From positions 63,492-127,491 of the IMG/VR virus record IMGVR_UViG_3300031993_000027: a stretch of DNA of 64,000 nt. One strand, 5' to 3'. The stretch comes from a virus. Its lineage: Duplodnaviria > Caudoviricetes. The notes beneath the pieces are model-generated. The model had not been told where the DNA came from and searched no databases. It saw only the letters and a program-made list of their open reading frames with translations. The position numbers were made by a program, and so were the translations under genes. Below, piece after piece: positions 53,532-63,879 of the stretch (its first letter is position 1; each line of letters starts with the position of its first letter).

Positions 53532-54497
53532 CTATTGTTCCAACTTTGCTAACGTTTTTGCTCCTACCACGCCATCGTGCTCTTTAGGTTGATTAGGAAA
53601 CGCCTTTTTCTGAAAGTTAATCGTAGCCTGTTTGCTTAACTTACCGAACACACCGTCTATTACAAGATTAGCACCGTCTTTTTGATTAAGCAAGTATTGG
53701 CAATACTTTACATCGTTACCTACACAATTAAGTTTAATAACTCTTGTAGGTCTTGTATAAGGGTTCTTAGGTTTTGCAGGTTCTACTCCGATAACCTTGC
53801 TCTTATTCTCGATAAGTTTCTGTCTCGTAATCGCTCCGCACACAGCATCGGCTTCGATACCTACCGCCTTTTGAAAGTCAAGGAGAGCCTGTTTCGTGGC
53901 TTTACCGAAGTCTCCGTCCAGTAGAAGAGAAGCACCTGCTTCGTTCAGTTCCCATTGCAACCAAAGGCAACCTTGCCCTTGCGTTCCAAACGAAATCAAA
54001 GAAGTCGGCATTGGATATGGATTGCCTGAAGAACTCTCTTCCTCTTCGTATCTAAGAACATATTGCCAACCGTAAGAAGGGTCGTAGAAACTTCTTGTAC
54101 AGACTTCCTTCCCTGTGTTGTCTCCTTCTTTACCATATTTACCACCAGTCTCGCTTGAAGAGGCATGAACGATTAAGCCGTTTCCAAGATAGCAAGCGGT
54201 GTGGTGTTCCTCATTCAAGAGGATATCGCCCTTGATAAGCGACATTCCCTTCTTGTAAGGGATAGCCTTAAACCCTGCCTTGACGAAAGCCTGTTTCATA
54301 TTCCCAGTGAAAGACGCTCCGTACTTGGACTTAACAGGAAAACCTTCTACTGCTGTTTCCCATGCCAATATTATAAAAGACGAGCAATCTATATCGGGAT
54401 TGAGCCAACGCTTGTTCGCATCCTGTGAGTAACCGTGAGAATTGTCGTTGGCAATGTTAACGAGCCAATCGCATACTTTGTTGATTGTCTTTCCCAT
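53532..54497 (-). CDS. endolysin: NlpC/P60-type Cys-His peptidase/amidase plus two peptidoglycan-binding domains
   Basis: GYSQ..DCSS..GDILLNEEHHTA; WLQWEL..DGDFG..T..A..FQ twice. Confidence 0.88.
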   Translation of the reverse strand: MGKTINKVCDWLVNIANDNSHGYSQDANKRWLNPDIDCSSFIILAWETAVEGFPVKSKYGASFTGNMKQAFVKAGFKAIPYKKGMSLIKGDILLNEEHHTACYLGNGLIVHASSSETGGKYGKEGDNTGKEVCTRSFYDPSYGWQYVLRYEEEESSSGNPYPMPTSLISFGTQGQGCLWLQWELNEAGASLLLDGDFGKATKQALLDFQKAVGIEADAVCGAITRQKLIENKSKVIGVEPAKPKNPYTRPTRVIKLNCVGNDVKYCQYLLNQKDGANLVIDGVFGKLSKQATINFQKKAFPNQPKEHDGVVGAKTLAKLEQ

Positions 54498-54923
54498 ACT
54501 TTCTTCTCCTTTCATTTCTTATGATAATCATGTCCATCAGTACAAATGATTGCAAACATTATTAAAACCATTGTAACTGTAAAAATCAATAATATCCATT
54601 CTTCAAGTGTCATTTTCAGTACCAATCATCTTCCTCAAAAGGACAATTCTTTAAAAGAAGAGGACAACCTAAACAATCAGGATAATTAAGTTCACACACT
54701 TCTTCTAAGAAGGATTCATAATCATCATAATCCATGGTCAGTTTTCCTCCATTTCTTCATTAAGTTCATCAACATTCATCATCATTGCTCCACAATTCCC
54801 ACAGAAATCTATGTAATACTGTAAGTCTTTCTTTGCTTCACATTGCGAACAAACATACTCATTGTTATCATTAAGAACCCATTCAGCCGTTCCAAATCTT
54901 TCTTTCATCATATATCTTCTCCT

Positions 54924-56702
54924 TTAAATAAACTTAATACCAACACACATAAACCAGTATACCCAAGTATCAACAGCAAATTCTGTAATGGTAAAGGTAT
55001 TTAACTGATTGTATTTATTTTCTACAAACGTACATCCTTCCATTATCTCTTTTTGCCCTATACAGATAGGTGTATTGCAAGGTTGTGTTTCCGTTGCATC
55101 ACCTGTGCAAGTTGCGAAAAACAGATAGTCATAGTCAAACAGAGAAGTTGCTGATGTAATTACACCACCTGTTGCTGATATACTTTGTTTCTCGAAAATC
55201 ATAGTTTTACTAACAGTAGCATTGGTACACTTTATTCCAGTTACTTTGGTAATATTACTGTATCTGTTATTTGTTCTTGTCCAAGTATTGCCTGAATGAG
55301 AATAGCAACAGTAGTTATTGCTATTCCAAAAGTTCAGATTAAACTTGCCTGAACTGTAAGTAAAAGCATCTGTGATTACTTCGGGGATAGTAACAATTCT
55401 TTTTGTACCAAGGGTTGATGAAGTAATCTCAAACTCTATGAAATCATAGTTCTCATAATCATCAGACAATGTGAATGAAGTGTCCTGTGCTGAATTATCT
55501 ACCAGTACAGTTGAAGAGAATATTGGAGTTACAGAACCACTATTCGGTGTATAATATTCCGCTTCCACTTCACTATTACCTACGTTCAAGTAGATATTAT
55601 TAGTTCCCTTCACAGAATTAACCGCCACAGAATCAACTGTAAGAGAAGTAGGTGTAGCAAGTTTATATACAAAAGTTGTCGGATTGTCAGCAAACCATTG
55701 TGTAGCCTGTTCTTTCGTTGTAATCGTTTGGTCAGCAAGAATACAGACTAAAGTATGTCCACTATTAGTGATATAACAATGGTCATCACCGCCTGTCAGA
55801 CCTGTCCGAGTAACGAACTTATCCGAATAGACAGTCTTAGCACTTGCTGATGTATTTTCACTATCAAGACCTACGGCAACTGTTACAAAATATGTTCCAC
55901 TACTTTGTGAAACGGCATTTACAGAAACACTACCATCAAAGTATAAAGCATCGCTCCAAGTTTTATCAAAATTTCCACTTTCATCACCTTCACCACCGTA
56001 TACAGTAGTGCCAAATGATACAGGATATGTATTGCTTGAATATGCTTCATAAGAGGTTTCGCTTGAAGGATAATTGATTGAAACATCATTCTGATAAGAT
56101 GTTCCATAAGCATTTGTCCCTCTAATCTTAAACAAACTCGCATTGTCAGGTGCGGTAATTACTGTGTTTGTAATATTTATTGTTTCAGAAATAAAGTTCT
56201 CACTGCTATCATACCAAAGTACCCTAATAGGATTGTTTGAGCCGACTTTAACAGAATAGTTTTGTCCACCTTTACAATGCGAAAAAGTTTTCGAGCGAAT
56301 TTGTGTTGTACTTGGGTTTGGTACTCCTGTCGTATCGTTTATCGTACCAAGTTCAGTATCTTCGTTAAAGAAATTCTTCTTACACCTTATTATGTTTAAA
56401 GATGATACTCCAACTATGGGTCTTATGTTGCTTGGACTAGGGTCTCCTGAACCTGACTGAAATGGTAGAAAACTATAATTTAAAGATTTAAGAGGGGCAT
56501 TTTCTCCGTCAAAAGAAGCAATAGCACCTCTAACAGTCTTTGTAGGCATAACCATCATAGTCTTTATCGGATTTACAATATTTTCAGGATGACCAACAGA
56601 ATAAGGAATGGTATCTGCACTCCCTGTCTTTGTCCTTATCGTATTGGCTATCGCTGTGAAATCTAAATCTAATGTATCGCCATTAACTAAATTAACTGAC
56701 AT
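54924..56702 (-). CDS. putative tail fiber/receptor-binding or minor structural protein
   Basis: IANTIRTKTG, QSGSGDPSPSNIRPI, KNFF, YKLATPT..GTNNI motifs; S/T/N-rich. Confidence 0.6.
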   Translation of the reverse strand: MSVNLVNGDTLDLDFTAIANTIRTKTGSADTIPYSVGHPENIVNPIKTMMVMPTKTVRGAIASFDGENAPLKSLNYSFLPFQSGSGDPSPSNIRPIVGVSSLNIIRCKKNFFNEDTELGTINDTTGVPNPSTTQIRSKTFSHCKGGQNYSVKVGSNNPIRVLWYDSSENFISETINITNTVITAPDNASLFKIRGTNAYGTSYQNDVSINYPSSETSYEAYSSNTYPVSFGTTVYGGEGDESGNFDKTWSDALYFDGSVSVNAVSQSSGTYFVTVAVGLDSENTSASAKTVYSDKFVTRTGLTGGDDHCYITNSGHTLVCILADQTITTKEQATQWFADNPTTFVYKLATPTSLTVDSVAVNSVKGTNNIYLNVGNSEVEAEYYTPNSGSVTPIFSSTVLVDNSAQDTSFTLSDDYENYDFIEFEITSSTLGTKRIVTIPEVITDAFTYSSGKFNLNFWNSNNYCCYSHSGNTWTRTNNRYSNITKVTGIKCTNATVSKTMIFEKQSISATGGVITSATSLFDYDYLFFATCTGDATETQPCNTPICIGQKEIMEGCTFVENKYNQLNTFTITEFAVDTWVYWFMCVGIKFI

Positions 56703-57033
56703 ATACTTTCTCCCTTGTCTATTCTATGAAAGTAGAAAACGTATTTACCTCTCTGATTCGTACTCAATACCATTAGAAGAACAAACAACAAAATGTCCGT
56801 TTGTTCTTTCACCCTTTGATTTTCTTTTCTGAATGTATTCGTTATTCAGTTCATCACATATCTTTATAGAATCTTCCAAGTTATCCGAACCTCTCTGAAA
56901 GTGGATAAGACCTCCTATTTTATCAACAAACTTATCATAATTACGCCAATATTTGTCTGCTTTAAAATAAATATCATAACGTGTATCATCAGCACTCTCT
57001 AAAACGCTAATCATAGTTGAATCTCCTTTATAA

Positions 57034-57267
57034 TCAATAAAAATGAATTGTGTTCCACTCGTCTCTATCAAGAAATCTCATGTTACTAGGAAAATATTTC
57101 TCTGCATCATACAAAGAAAACACCTCTTTGTCTTTACCTGCTTTATTCCAAATAATATCATAGACTTCTTTCCAAACATCAACTAAAGGTTTATTGGTCT
57201 CAACAACAACGATATCTATGATTTTGTTTCTTTCATCTAAAATAGGAATTACTACCATTGGTTTCAT
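57034..57267 (-). CDS. hypothetical protein
   Basis: ORF, AAGGAG SD. Confidence 0.6.
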   Translation of the reverse strand: MKPMVVIPILDERNKIIDIVVVETNKPLVDVWKEVYDIIWNKAGKDKEVFSLYDAEKYFPSNMRFLDRDEWNTIHFY

Positions 57268-57298
57268 AAATTTGTTCTCCTTTAAATTTTATATTTAC

Positions 57299-58933
57299 TT
57301 AGAAGTTTCCTCCATTCCATGCACTGATAGTAGTAGCAACAATATTTCCACTAGAATCAACGGTTAAGAATTTGTTTTCATCTGCACTTGTTGTAGCAGG
57401 TAATCTGTCATCACTATTTTCCCAAGTACCATTATTGTATCTAAGCACCTGACCATCAGTAGGTGAAGAGATAGCAACATCAGAAAGTCCTGCTAATGTA
57501 GAACTTCCACCTCCACCGCCAGTAGGAGCATAGATATCTATTACAGTTCCGTCTATATCAATCTCTGCTATCTTAGTTCCTGTTAATTGCAGTTGAGTAA
57601 AGGAAACAACAGAATATCCTGTATCATTATTAAGTTCTGATAAATCAGTAGGAATATCACCTGTATCTGCTTTACCACTTAATTCGTTCGATATCTTATC
57701 TGAACTCCAAGTCTTATCTACTGCCGTAGTTGAATCATCAATAGTAGCACCGCCACCAGTTGCGTTTAATGTACCGTCAGGGTCAATATTAAGATTAGTG
57801 CCTACTTTAATAACACCAAGAGTGTCCGTAGAGGCTTTCGGGATATTTACAACATGATTGTTAGGCGTAAGGTCTGTTCCGTCTATCTGAACACCTTTTA
57901 TGATAAGATTATAGTCTTCTACGGCAATACTGTTAGGCACTTGTTCTTTGATGTAGAACGTATCATCTGCCCAAGTAGAATCCGTGTTCTGAACATAACT
58001 GCCACTTACTAACTTGTAGTAATCTGTATAGTTAGTATCCCAATTCGTAGGCTTTGCTTCCAACAGGAAATAATAGTCAGTAAGACCGAGTTGGATACCT
58101 GTACCTGCTACATAGGTATAACCATCCTGTGAGGTCAGAAGTTTCCAACGTGTTGTTCCGTCGGTAACATACATATCGCCCCAAAATACCAACTCACCGT
58201 TGTTGCCAGTGATGACAGGATTTCCTGAAGCGTCGTGCTCTCCTGTGTAAGTATTAGCCGAGAATATCTGTAATGCACCTGTACTGTCTGCATCGCCTGA
58301 AGGAAGAAACTTGATACCTCCACCAAGAAACGAAGAGATAATAAGGTCGTTTACCGATTCAAAGACAGTTTCTTCATAATAGTACGTATCTGTCGCCCAT
58401 GTAGAACTCGTGTTAGGCTTGTACTCTCCATCATCATAGATGAAGTAGTCCTGATAGTTTGTAGACCAGTCATCAGGCTCGTCAGTAAGCAGGACGTACC
58501 TTACGACAGCGTTGCCCTGCGAGATACTTAACTTACCCTTGATGACCCTGTTACCGTCACGGATGACAACAGAACCGTCTCCGAGAAGACCATTGTTATC
58601 AAGTACAGCGTTTGGGTCATTAGTGTTCGGACTAATGACGTTATCGTTATAGTAATAGCCTGATGGATTGGAAGAATAGTTACCTTCAAGGACAATCCAC
58701 TTGCTGTTATACGTCCATAAAGTGTTAGTCTCCCAAACATAGTAAAGGCTACCGTTGATTGGACTAATGTTAGTTAGTCTTTCTCTTTCGGTAGCAATCA
58801 TCTTTACAGCCTTGATTGTTCTTACATTGTTTTTGTCACAAAAGACCTGTTTAGTGTCCGTAGTAACATAGTAATTACCGTTGGTAATCGCTGTGCACTT
58901 CAGGTCATAAGCGGTAAGTTTATAAATGCTAAT
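57299..58933 (-). CDS. putative tail fiber protein, probable ATT start 44 codons upstream of the track start
   Basis: P.DW.TNY.DY repeats, ASTDTLGVIKVG, TWSSDKI, LSELNND, LAGLSDV..DGQVL; open frame from ATT 58933 with AAGGG SD. Confidence 0.65.
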   Translation of the reverse strand: MSIYKLTAYDLKCTAITNGNYYVTTDTKQVFCDKNNVRTIKAVKMIATERERLTNISPINGSLYYVWETNTLWTYNSKWIVLEGNYSSNPSGYYYNDNVISPNTNDPNAVLDNNGLLGDGSVVIRDGNRVIKGKLSISQGNAVVRYVLLTDEPDDWSTNYQDYFIYDDGEYKPNTSSTWATDTYYYEETVFESVNDLIISSFLGGGIKFLPSGDADSTGALQIFSANTYTGEHDASGNPVITGNNGELVFWGDMYVTDGTTRWKLLTSQDGYTYVAGTGIQLGLTDYYFLLEAKPTNWDTNYTDYYKLVSGSYVQNTDSTWADDTFYIKEQVPNSIAVEDYNLIIKGVQIDGTDLTPNNHVVNIPKASTDTLGVIKVGTNLNIDPDGTLNATGGGATIDDSTTAVDKTWSSDKISNELSGKADTGDIPTDLSELNNDTGYSVVSFTQLQLTGTKIAEIDIDGTVIDIYAPTGGGGGSSTLAGLSDVAISSPTDGQVLRYNNGTWENSDDRLPATTSADENKFLTVDSSGNIVATTISAWNGGNF

Positions 58934-58947
58934 ATAAATCCCTTCTT

Positions 58948-59052
58948 TCTGAAGTTATTCTTCCTACGAACACCTTGTAACCAAGATTATTTAGTAGGCT
59001 ATCCCCCTATATTCTAAGGTTCTTTTATTCTAAAGTTATTTTCTTTATTATA
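58948..59052 (-). ncRNA. putative TnpB omegaRNA scaffold
   Basis: Non-coding 3' of tnpB; AGAACC..GGGGATAGCCTAC..CTTG-GTTA-CAAG..GTAGGAA resembles IS1341/IS605 right-end RNA (recalled). Confidence 0.5.
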
Positions 59053-60141
59053 CTAAATTGCTAATAGTTTTAAACCTTCTCTAAGAATGTTTTTACTAGC
59101 ATTTATATCCCTATCTACTTCGTTACCACATTCAGGACAAGTCCAATAGCGAATCTTTAAATCCTTTACAGCCTTGTTCTTATATCCACAGTTGTTACAG
59201 AGTTGCGAACTAGGATAGAATCTATCAACCTTGATTAGTTGCTTTCCATACCATTCGCATTTGCAGGTCAACTGTCTTACAAACTCCGACCAAGAAACAT
59301 CTGATATAGACTTAGCAAGATTATGATTCTTTACCATACCTGCTACATTCAGGTCTTCAATACAGATGTTGTCATAGTCTCTGACAAGTTGAGTAGATAG
59401 TTTGTGTAAGAAGTCCTTCCTTTGATTTGTTATCTTCTCATAACATCTAGCAACCTTGATTCTTGCTTTGTTACGATTAGAACTACCCTTTGGTTTTCGG
59501 GATAACTCTCTTTGTAACTTAACAAGTCTCTTTTCTGATTTTGCTAGATACTTTAGATTCGGTATCTTAACTCCATTACTTAGGATAGCGAAGTCTTTAA
59601 GACCTAGGTCTATTCCAATAGACTGATTTGTTTTAGAAAACTGTTCAATCTCTACTTCGCAACCAAGCGATACATAGTATTTACCGCTAGGCTCTTGTGA
59701 TACAGTAGCACTTACTATCCTACCTTGAATATCATACTTATCTCTGAACTTCACTTTACCAAGTTTAGGAAGTTGAATACACCTATCAAAAATTCTAATG
59801 TTTTGATTAGTAGTATAAGAATTATGGTTATCTCTCTTAGATTTAAACTTAGGATACCCACTTCCTTTAAAGAACATCTTGTATGCTGAATCTAAATTCC
59901 TAAGAGCATTCTGTAAAGAAAACTTATCAGGCTCTTTCAACCATCTGTTTTCTGATTTTAATATAGTAAGTAGTTTGTTTGTATCACAATAAGACAATAA
60001 TCTTTTCTCTTCCTTGTATACCCTGATTCTTTCAGCAAGGAAATAATTATAGACAAACCTACAACAGCCAAAAGTCTTGGCTATAAGAATACGCTGTTCC
60101 TTGTTCGGATATATTCTTATCTTGTAGGCTTTGTTAAACAT
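59053..60141 (-). mobile_element. tnpB: TnpB RNA-guided endonuclease (IS605/IS1341-type), no tnpA
   Basis: KAYKIRIYPN..FGCCRFVYN; RuvC GIDLG / IEDL / DRD intact; SSQLCNNC..CPEC. Confidence 0.95.
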
Positions 60142-60649
60142 TCACTTCTCCTTCTCCTGTCGCAGGTAAATTAGCCAAGATTTCTGCTACCGCCCTTCTC
60201 ACACGTTCTCTACTCTTCGGGTCAGATAAGTCGGCAACAACCGAGTTGCTTCCACCAACCTGAATATTTGAATCCGATATGTTGTTCTGTACGATAGACA
60301 GGTTCATTATCTTCTCATTGTTCACAACGTCCTTAATGAGTTGATAACTTCTCTCTAACGACCTAGATACATTTTCAATCATTTGAGGGAGATATTCAAG
60401 AGCCGAAGGGTCGTTGTTCATTGCCATAAACTCTAAGGCTTTATCCTGATACATAGCCTGTGCCTTATCAAGAAACTCGGTCATCTTAACGATTCTTTCA
60501 AGTTCCTGCCTAGCCTGTGCTACTAAAAAGATACTGACAGAATCCTTTGTCTCGTCAATCAAGGATTGAGAGAAGGTCTTATTGGCGATAACATCTTCAG
60601 GTCTAAGTGTGTTTACCTGCTGTTGTAGTTCTCTTTTCTTCTTACCCAT
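60134..60649 (-). CDS. helical hypothetical protein (possible small terminase-like)
   Basis: Coiled-coil then IVQNNI..IQVG; weak resemblance only. Confidence 0.3.
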   Translation of the reverse strand: MGKKKRELQQQVNTLRPEDVIANKTFSQSLIDETKDSVSIFLVAQARQELERIVKMTEFLDKAQAMYQDKALEFMAMNNDPSALEYLPQMIENVSRSLERSYQLIKDVVNNEKIMNLSIVQNNISDSNIQVGGSNSVVADLSDPKSRERVRRAVAEILANLPATGEGEVNV

Positions 60650-60655
60650 ATGACC

Positions 60656-60985
60656 TCACAGTAACTCGTTGTATTGTCTGTTAATCCTTTGTATCAAAGA
60701 TTCTGTTGTTGCCGTTGCTAGAGCCGACTTGCCCTCTAACGCTTGCCTAACCTGCTTATCGAACACTTGTGTCGGGGTAAACTTATAAGACCCCTTCTTC
60801 TTATTATATACTAATGTTCCGACATTAGGTATGTCAATCACGGCTTTTTGCAAACGTCCGTCAGTTTTCGTAAGGGCATCCTCGGCTACTTGGTGAACTA
60901 ACATTAAGGGGTATATCTTCTTATACCCCTGTATCGAACGTTCTGATAACCCTGTAAGGGTAATGATATCCTTATCGTTAATCAT
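60656..60985 (-). CDS. hypothetical protein (weakly HU/IHF-like)
   Basis: IDIPNVGTL..YKFTPT..DKQV. Confidence 0.3.
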   Translation of the reverse strand: MINDKDIITLTGLSERSIQGYKKIYPLMLVHQVAEDALTKTDGRLQKAVIDIPNVGTLVYNKKKGSYKFTPTQVFDKQVRQALEGKSALATATTESLIQRINRQYNELL

Positions 60986-61433
60986 TCAAGACTTCCCCTG
61001 TATCCGCATCTATGTACTTAACGTTAATCTTCCTAGGCATATCAGGAACAGTAAAAGGAAACTCGATATATTCAATAGATTCTGTTCCTAAGAAGTTCCA
61101 TGTCTTGCCACCGTCAGTGCTGAATATCTTTGCCTTGGTGTAGTAAGGTCTGCCGTTCTTACCAGTCTTAAATACCGAGAAACACCTTTTGTTCTGATAC
61201 CTAGCAATTTCATCAGGGCACTCGTCAACCTTATTCCATTCGTCGTCTGTTCCCTGAAGCGGAGACAACGGTTTGAAGTCCATGAGCCTGTTCAGTATTC
61301 TTGCTGTCTCTTGGTGACTTGAACTGTTCAACTCTTCCATCTGACTAATCAGGTTCATTATCTGCTGTTTCTTTTCAGCAGAAATATTGTCAGCAAGTTT
61401 TAATTCTCTATTCGCATATTCCTGAAGTGTCAT
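60978..61433 (-). CDS. conserved phage hypothetical protein
   Basis: FKPLSPLQGTDDEW..YQNKRC.SVFK. Confidence 0.65.
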   Translation of the reverse strand: MTLQEYANRELKLADNISAEKKQQIMNLISQMEELNSSSHQETARILNRLMDFKPLSPLQGTDDEWNKVDECPDEIARYQNKRCFSVFKTGKNGRPYYTKAKIFSTDGGKTWNFLGTESIEYIEFPFTVPDMPRKINVKYIDADTGEVLND

Positions 61434-61644
61434 CTTCGCCCTCCCTTAATTCCATAAGCATAGGTTGAGCACTCTCAATGTCAATCTTAGCCCTTAGACA
61501 CTCAATGCTCTTACGTTTTCTATCTAACTTAAAGAACGGACATTCTTCACCGTAACACTCTGCAAACTCTTCGGTTGTTGAACTGACAATCGTTGTTCCA
61601 TAAACAAAATTGTTTTCTGTGATTTTCCTATATGTACATTTCAT
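61408..61644 (-). CDS. Cys-rich hypothetical protein
   Basis: AAGGAGG SD. Confidence 0.6.
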   Translation of the reverse strand: MKCTYRKITENNFVYGTTIVSSTTEEFAECYGEECPFFKLDRKRKSIECLRAKIDIESAQPMLMELREGEDDTSGICE

Positions 61645-61659
61645 AGCCTATTGCCTCCT

Positions 61660-61860
61660 TTATGCAGAAGCAAATGAACTATCAGAACCATCACAGTGTA
61701 TATTAAATCTGATAGTAATATCTGTCAGTTCTCCGCATACCCTGTTGATTTCAATGTCCTTTACTTCAGACAGGTTTATTCCTAAATTATTAGGGATAAA
61801 TGATAGCACCTGCTTTCCTGCTGAATCTTTTTTAATCTCTTTTAATCTTTTATCTGTCAT
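61660..61860 (-). CDS. hypothetical protein
   Basis: GAGGAG SD. Confidence 0.55.
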   Translation of the reverse strand: MTDKRLKEIKKDSAGKQVLSFIPNNLGINLSEVKDIEINRVCGELTDITIRFNIHCDGSDSSFASA

Positions 61861-62119
61861 TGTCTTTTATCTCCTCAAACATAGATATTTGTTCTGTGGT
61901 TATCTTGTGTGGAAAATGAGCCTTAGTATGAGGCTTGTATTCCTTACTTGTGTCATAGGCATCCATTTCACAAAACTCAAACTCCTTGCAGGTGTTGATA
62001 CATTTTGTGGTGGATTCAGCCAGTATCTTGCGCTTTGCCTGACAGTAGATACCGTTTCCGACATATAGATTTATACAGTAGCGACAATATTGTTTCATTT
62101 TGACACATCCTTTGTCCAA
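61850..62119 (-). CDS. Cys-rich hypothetical protein
   Basis: YCRYC..YC..C; true start probably MKQYC. Confidence 0.55.
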   Translation of the reverse strand: MDKGCVKMKQYCRYCINLYVGNGIYCQAKRKILAESTTKCINTCKEFEFCEMDAYDTSKEYKPHTKAHFPHKITTEQISMFEEIKDNDR

Positions 62120-62631
62120 ATCGTCATGTAACCGTTTTCTTTCACCTTTCTAGCAAATTCTTGTTCCTTCAAAGATTTGATTGCTATATCTAACGCCTTT
62201 TCATATTTCTGATTCAAACATACTGCCAACTCTTTAACTTCTTTTAAAATATCTATTGCTTCTTCGTCGCTTATTTCTGTACCATAAGGTTCGGGTTCTT
62301 CATCACTTGGCATCCAAGCAACTATCCTATCTTTACTAGTAAGAGCAAAACCTCCACCAGTAAAATAGTCAGCCGAAACTCTTCCATCAACAGTTGTTAT
62401 CCAACACCTGCAATATTCAGAGGGAACACCTTCACTAATAGGTGTCCACTTCTTCTCTTTTTTCTTCTCGTAAAACGAGCAGGAATCCGCAACGTATTCG
62501 TCTTTTACTCCGTTTGCTTTGCACAAATCTTTGTGAATACAACCCTCACAATTTACCATCTTTATCACCTTCTTTCCATTTCCAATTATACCTTTCTGCC
62601 ACCTCTCATATCTGCACCACAATTCGGGCAA
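62095..62631 (-). CDS. DUF551-like protein
   Basis: KWTPISEGVP..IVAWMP..PEPY; true start probably MVNCEGC. Confidence 0.55.
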   Translation of the reverse strand: MPELWCRYERWQKGIIGNGKKVIKMVNCEGCIHKDLCKANGVKDEYVADSCSFYEKKKEKKWTPISEGVPSEYCRCWITTVDGRVSADYFTGGGFALTSKDRIVAWMPSDEEPEPYGTEISDEEAIDILKEVKELAVCLNQKYEKALDIAIKSLKEQEFARKVKENGYMTIWTKDVSK

Positions 62632-62963
62632 AATTTATATTCCCAAGGTGAGTAAAGACAATCGTCTGATACCTTTATCATTGGACAATCTATATGAATA
62701 AATCCTCCACAATAAATTCCTCCATCTGTCCATTGGTCTATTCTTTTCCACTTGCCCTGTGGTCTTTTTTGACCATCTTCTAAGCCTTGAACATATCCAA
62801 TATCGAAGTTATCTCTGATTTCAACCGTCGGGGCATTTTCAATTAATTTACACTTGTAAAAACTATCTTCATTTCTGAAATTTCGGCATGTCTTACAATT
62901 ATGACAACACAAATTATCAAATGCGTCTTCAAGATATTCACGCCTGATTAAATCATTGTTCAT
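62586..62963 (-). CDS. DLI.R..NAPTV family protein with zinc knuckle
   Basis: IENAPTVE, GKW, FCPNCGADM. Confidence 0.65.
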   Translation of the reverse strand: MNNDLIRREYLEDAFDNLCCHNCKTCRNFRNEDSFYKCKLIENAPTVEIRDNFDIGYVQGLEDGQKRPQGKWKRIDQWTDGGIYCGGFIHIDCPMIKVSDDCLYSPWEYKFCPNCGADMRGGRKV

Positions 62964-63147
62964 TGTCTACCTCCTGTTCTGGGTATACCTGTTCGCCTCC
63001 TATCAGAACCTTAACTTGCTTCTTCTGTTCGGCTTCGAGCAATCCGTATTTGTACCCACGTTCCCATGCTTGTGCTACTATCTGTTCGATTGCCCCCTTC
63101 ATTCCCTCAAGATTTTTCAGTTTTGTTTCTGTCTTTGTCTTACTCAT
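62953..63147 (-). CDS. hypothetical protein
   Basis: GGGAGG SD. Confidence 0.55.
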   Translation of the reverse strand: MSKTKTETKLKNLEGMKGAIEQIVAQAWERGYKYGLLEAEQKKQVKVLIGGEQVYPEQEVDNEQ

Positions 63148-63342
63148 TGTCTGCCTCCCTCATATCATCAACCAAAGTGTCAATATACAATCTTGTAGTC
63201 TTTTTAGTGTGAATATCAGTACAAGCCACATATCCGTTAGTATTTTCTATAAGGTGTCCTATTTTGTACTGTCTATCATTAAATTCAAATATTTCGCCTG
63301 TGTGCATAAATCCTATGGTTGTTTTACTCATTGTTCTACCTC

Positions 63343-63879
63343 CTAACAAATTACAGGCTTCGTTCCTAACGTGCAATGACATATTCCGTCTCCACCGTTT
63401 GACGGATGTGAAGGACAGTTCTTACAAGCCTGTGGAATATCCACAAAAGCAGGAGACGTAGATACCATAGGGAAGGTTGGAGTTTTCCTAGATGCTCTTT
63501 CGTATCCTTCGGCAAATCCTTGTTCATAACCTCTTATATAATCATCCCTCACATTCGTGGCTATATCTCTACATTCGGTAATGGATGGTTTTTCTGCGGT
63601 TTCATAGAAAATCTTTTGCAATTCCTTTTTGCTAACTGTCGGGGCATTGTCGATTTCATCAATAATATCCGATACAATACCTTCTTCCGATTTACTCCCA
63701 ATATAATCACAGGAATATACATATTGAAGTTTTCTTTTTAAAGCCTCACGGCTAATCAAATCGCCCTCGGTTAAAACAGGTGTGCCATTTGCGATTGCCG
63801 TGTGAATATCATATCTGTAATCTTTTCCATTCTGTATTGCTTTTACAATTTCTTCGGGTATATCAATTATCAGTTTCAT
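63343..63879 (-). CDS. MKLIIDIPE / DLISR / IDNAPTV family protein
   Basis: Motifs shared with 8.9-10.5 kb genes; C-terminal CKNC..CHC. Confidence 0.65.
   Translation of the reverse strand: MKLIIDIPEEIVKAIQNGKDYRYDIHTAIANGTPVLTEGDLISREALKRKLQYVYSCDYIGSKSEEGIVSDIIDEIDNAPTVSKKELQKIFYETAEKPSITECRDIATNVRDDYIRGYEQGFAEGYERASRKTPTFPMVSTSPAFVDIPQACKNCPSHPSNGGDGICHCTLGTKPVIC

Noticed and set aside
7-63741. All plus-strand ORFs in the track
   Set aside because: They are antisense shadows of tightly packed minus-strand genes, lack SD sites and have non-protein-like composition.
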